From Octopus vulgaris (Eukaryota), in NCBI GenBank assembly GCA_951406725.2, contig OX597820.1, positions 55,118,001 to 55,182,000 of the forward strand: 64,000 nucleotides of DNA. Reading direction: 5' to 3'. How positions within the stretch are numbered: position 1 is the first letter of the stretch; each line of letters opens with the position of its first letter. The notes beneath the pieces are model-generated. The model was not told where the DNA came from. It did not search any database and saw only the letters and a program-made list of their open reading frames with translations. Below, piece after piece: positions 62,520-64,000 of the stretch. Both the position numbers and the translations under genes were made by a program.

Positions 62520-64000
62520 AGGGGACTGAGGGCTGAACCTTGGTGTACTCCTACTTCTACCCGGAATTCTTCACTAGACTCATTGCCAATCCTAATCTTA
62601 CTAACGGCCTCTCAGTATGGGGCCTGTACAGTCCTTATTAACCATTCGTCAGTCCCCAGTTTCCACATCACCCACCAGATAAGGGATCGAAGGACCCTGT
62701 CAAAGGCTTGCTCCAAGTTCACAAAAGGTAAGTATAGGGGTTTATCTTTAGCTAGGTATTTCTCTTGCAGTTGTCGAACCAGGAATATGGCATCAGAGAT
62801 GCTTATACCCAGCACAAAACCGAACTGCATCTCATCTAAGCAGACTCACTCTCTAATGAGATGGGCTATGACCCTCTCTGTGACCTTCATTACCTGATCC
62901 AACAACTTGATACTCCTGTAGTTATTTCTATCTAGAGCATCGCCTTTACCCTTGTAGCAGTTGACTATGGTGCTGCTACATTAGTCATTGGGTATGACTC
63001 CATCATGGTTTACAATGCGGGTGACTAGACCATAGCCCACACCACCAGATGTTTTAAGCATTTCAGCAGTGATTCCTGGTGGGCTGGGAGCTTTTCCTGG
63101 CTTCATATCCTTATTTGCTTTATCTACCAGGGAGCTTTCTATTCAGATAGCTGGTCCCCCTACTGGGTCAACATTTGGCAGGCTCCCCTCCTCCCATTCA
63201 TTCTCTACATTCAGCAGTCTTTTATAATGGCTTCTCCAAGCCTCTTTCTTTTCCAAATCATTAAAAGCAAGTGCATTATCATCCATGCAGACACATTTCT
63301 CTCCTGTGACATCACAATTTTCTCTCACACACTGTCTTGCAATCTTAGTTCTGACCATGTAAAGAGCTCTTTAGCTTCCAAATCCTTCTTTTTGGGATTG
63401 ATATCCTTCTGGCCTCAAGCCTAAAGTCACTTACAACTAGCCTATGCTGGGATGTACATTCTTCACCTGAGAGTGTCTTTATATTTAAGAACAACCCTGC
63501 GTCCCACTGTCTGGTGAAGATGGAATCAATCTGGCTAGCAGAGTCACCTGATTGATAGGTTATCAGGTGGTTGTCTGGTTTCCTGAAGTTAGCATTGCAG
63601 ATTAAAAAGTGACATGCATCACAGAACTCCAGTAGCCTAGTTCCCTCTTTGTTTTGGGAACCAATACCATGGCCCCCGTGTACACCAGTAAAGATACAAG
63701 ATTGTCACCCAACATGCCCATTAAAATTTCCAGCCGCAAAGATGAGGTCATTGCCACTCGTCTTTGAGGTAGCCTGTAGAAGGGTATCATAAAAATGGTC
63801 CTTCTGATCATTTGGTAGGCTTGCTTGTGGGGTGTAGGCAGAGATAATTGTAGCTGTGCTGTTCTGCAGGACTAGCCTAAGCTTAAGCACTCTATCACAT
63901 ACCCTGACAACCTCTATGACTCTATTTACCCATTTCTCCGCAAGGAGTATGCCTACACCCCCCACTCCATCCGTGTTACATTGCCAGAAGATTTTGTACC
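62520..64000 (-). mobile_element. RTE-clade LINE (APE endonuclease and RT), decayed, extends beyond the window
   Basis: GGVGILLAEKW, IISAYTPQ and GNFNGHVG (APE). NNYRSIKLL, MQFGFV, DAIFLVRQLQEKYL, AFDRV and GVHQGSALSP (RT). Confidence 0.92.

Overview
AT-rich, repeat-dense eukaryotic DNA. The SINE, RTE and Penelope repertoire resembles an octopus (coleoid cephalopod) genome, which is an inference. One protein-coding gene can be reconstructed on the + strand: an ankyrin-repeat/SOCS-box (ASB-like) gene. It has nine well-supported internal/terminal exons (18330-48326, GT-AG introns with consistent phases) and a probable 37-nt first coding exon at 8447-8483 that needs a GC donor. Together these give 2094 nt, about 697 aa. 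The rest is decayed transposons (Helitron, DD37D/maT-like and mariner elements, TTAA-, TA- and hAT-type MITEs, RTE, CR1 and L1/Tx1-like LINEs, Gypsy, two Penelope-like elements), three SINE-like families and microsatellites. The most notable non-obvious signals are minimal hammerhead-ribozyme motifs tied to Penelope-like elements, one of them downstream of a tRNA-like Pol III head. Also notable are SINE-tail elements with variable arrays of 62-66-bp hairpin modules and several long intronic fold-backs. Coordinates were read by eye and may be off by a few bases. No database searches were run.
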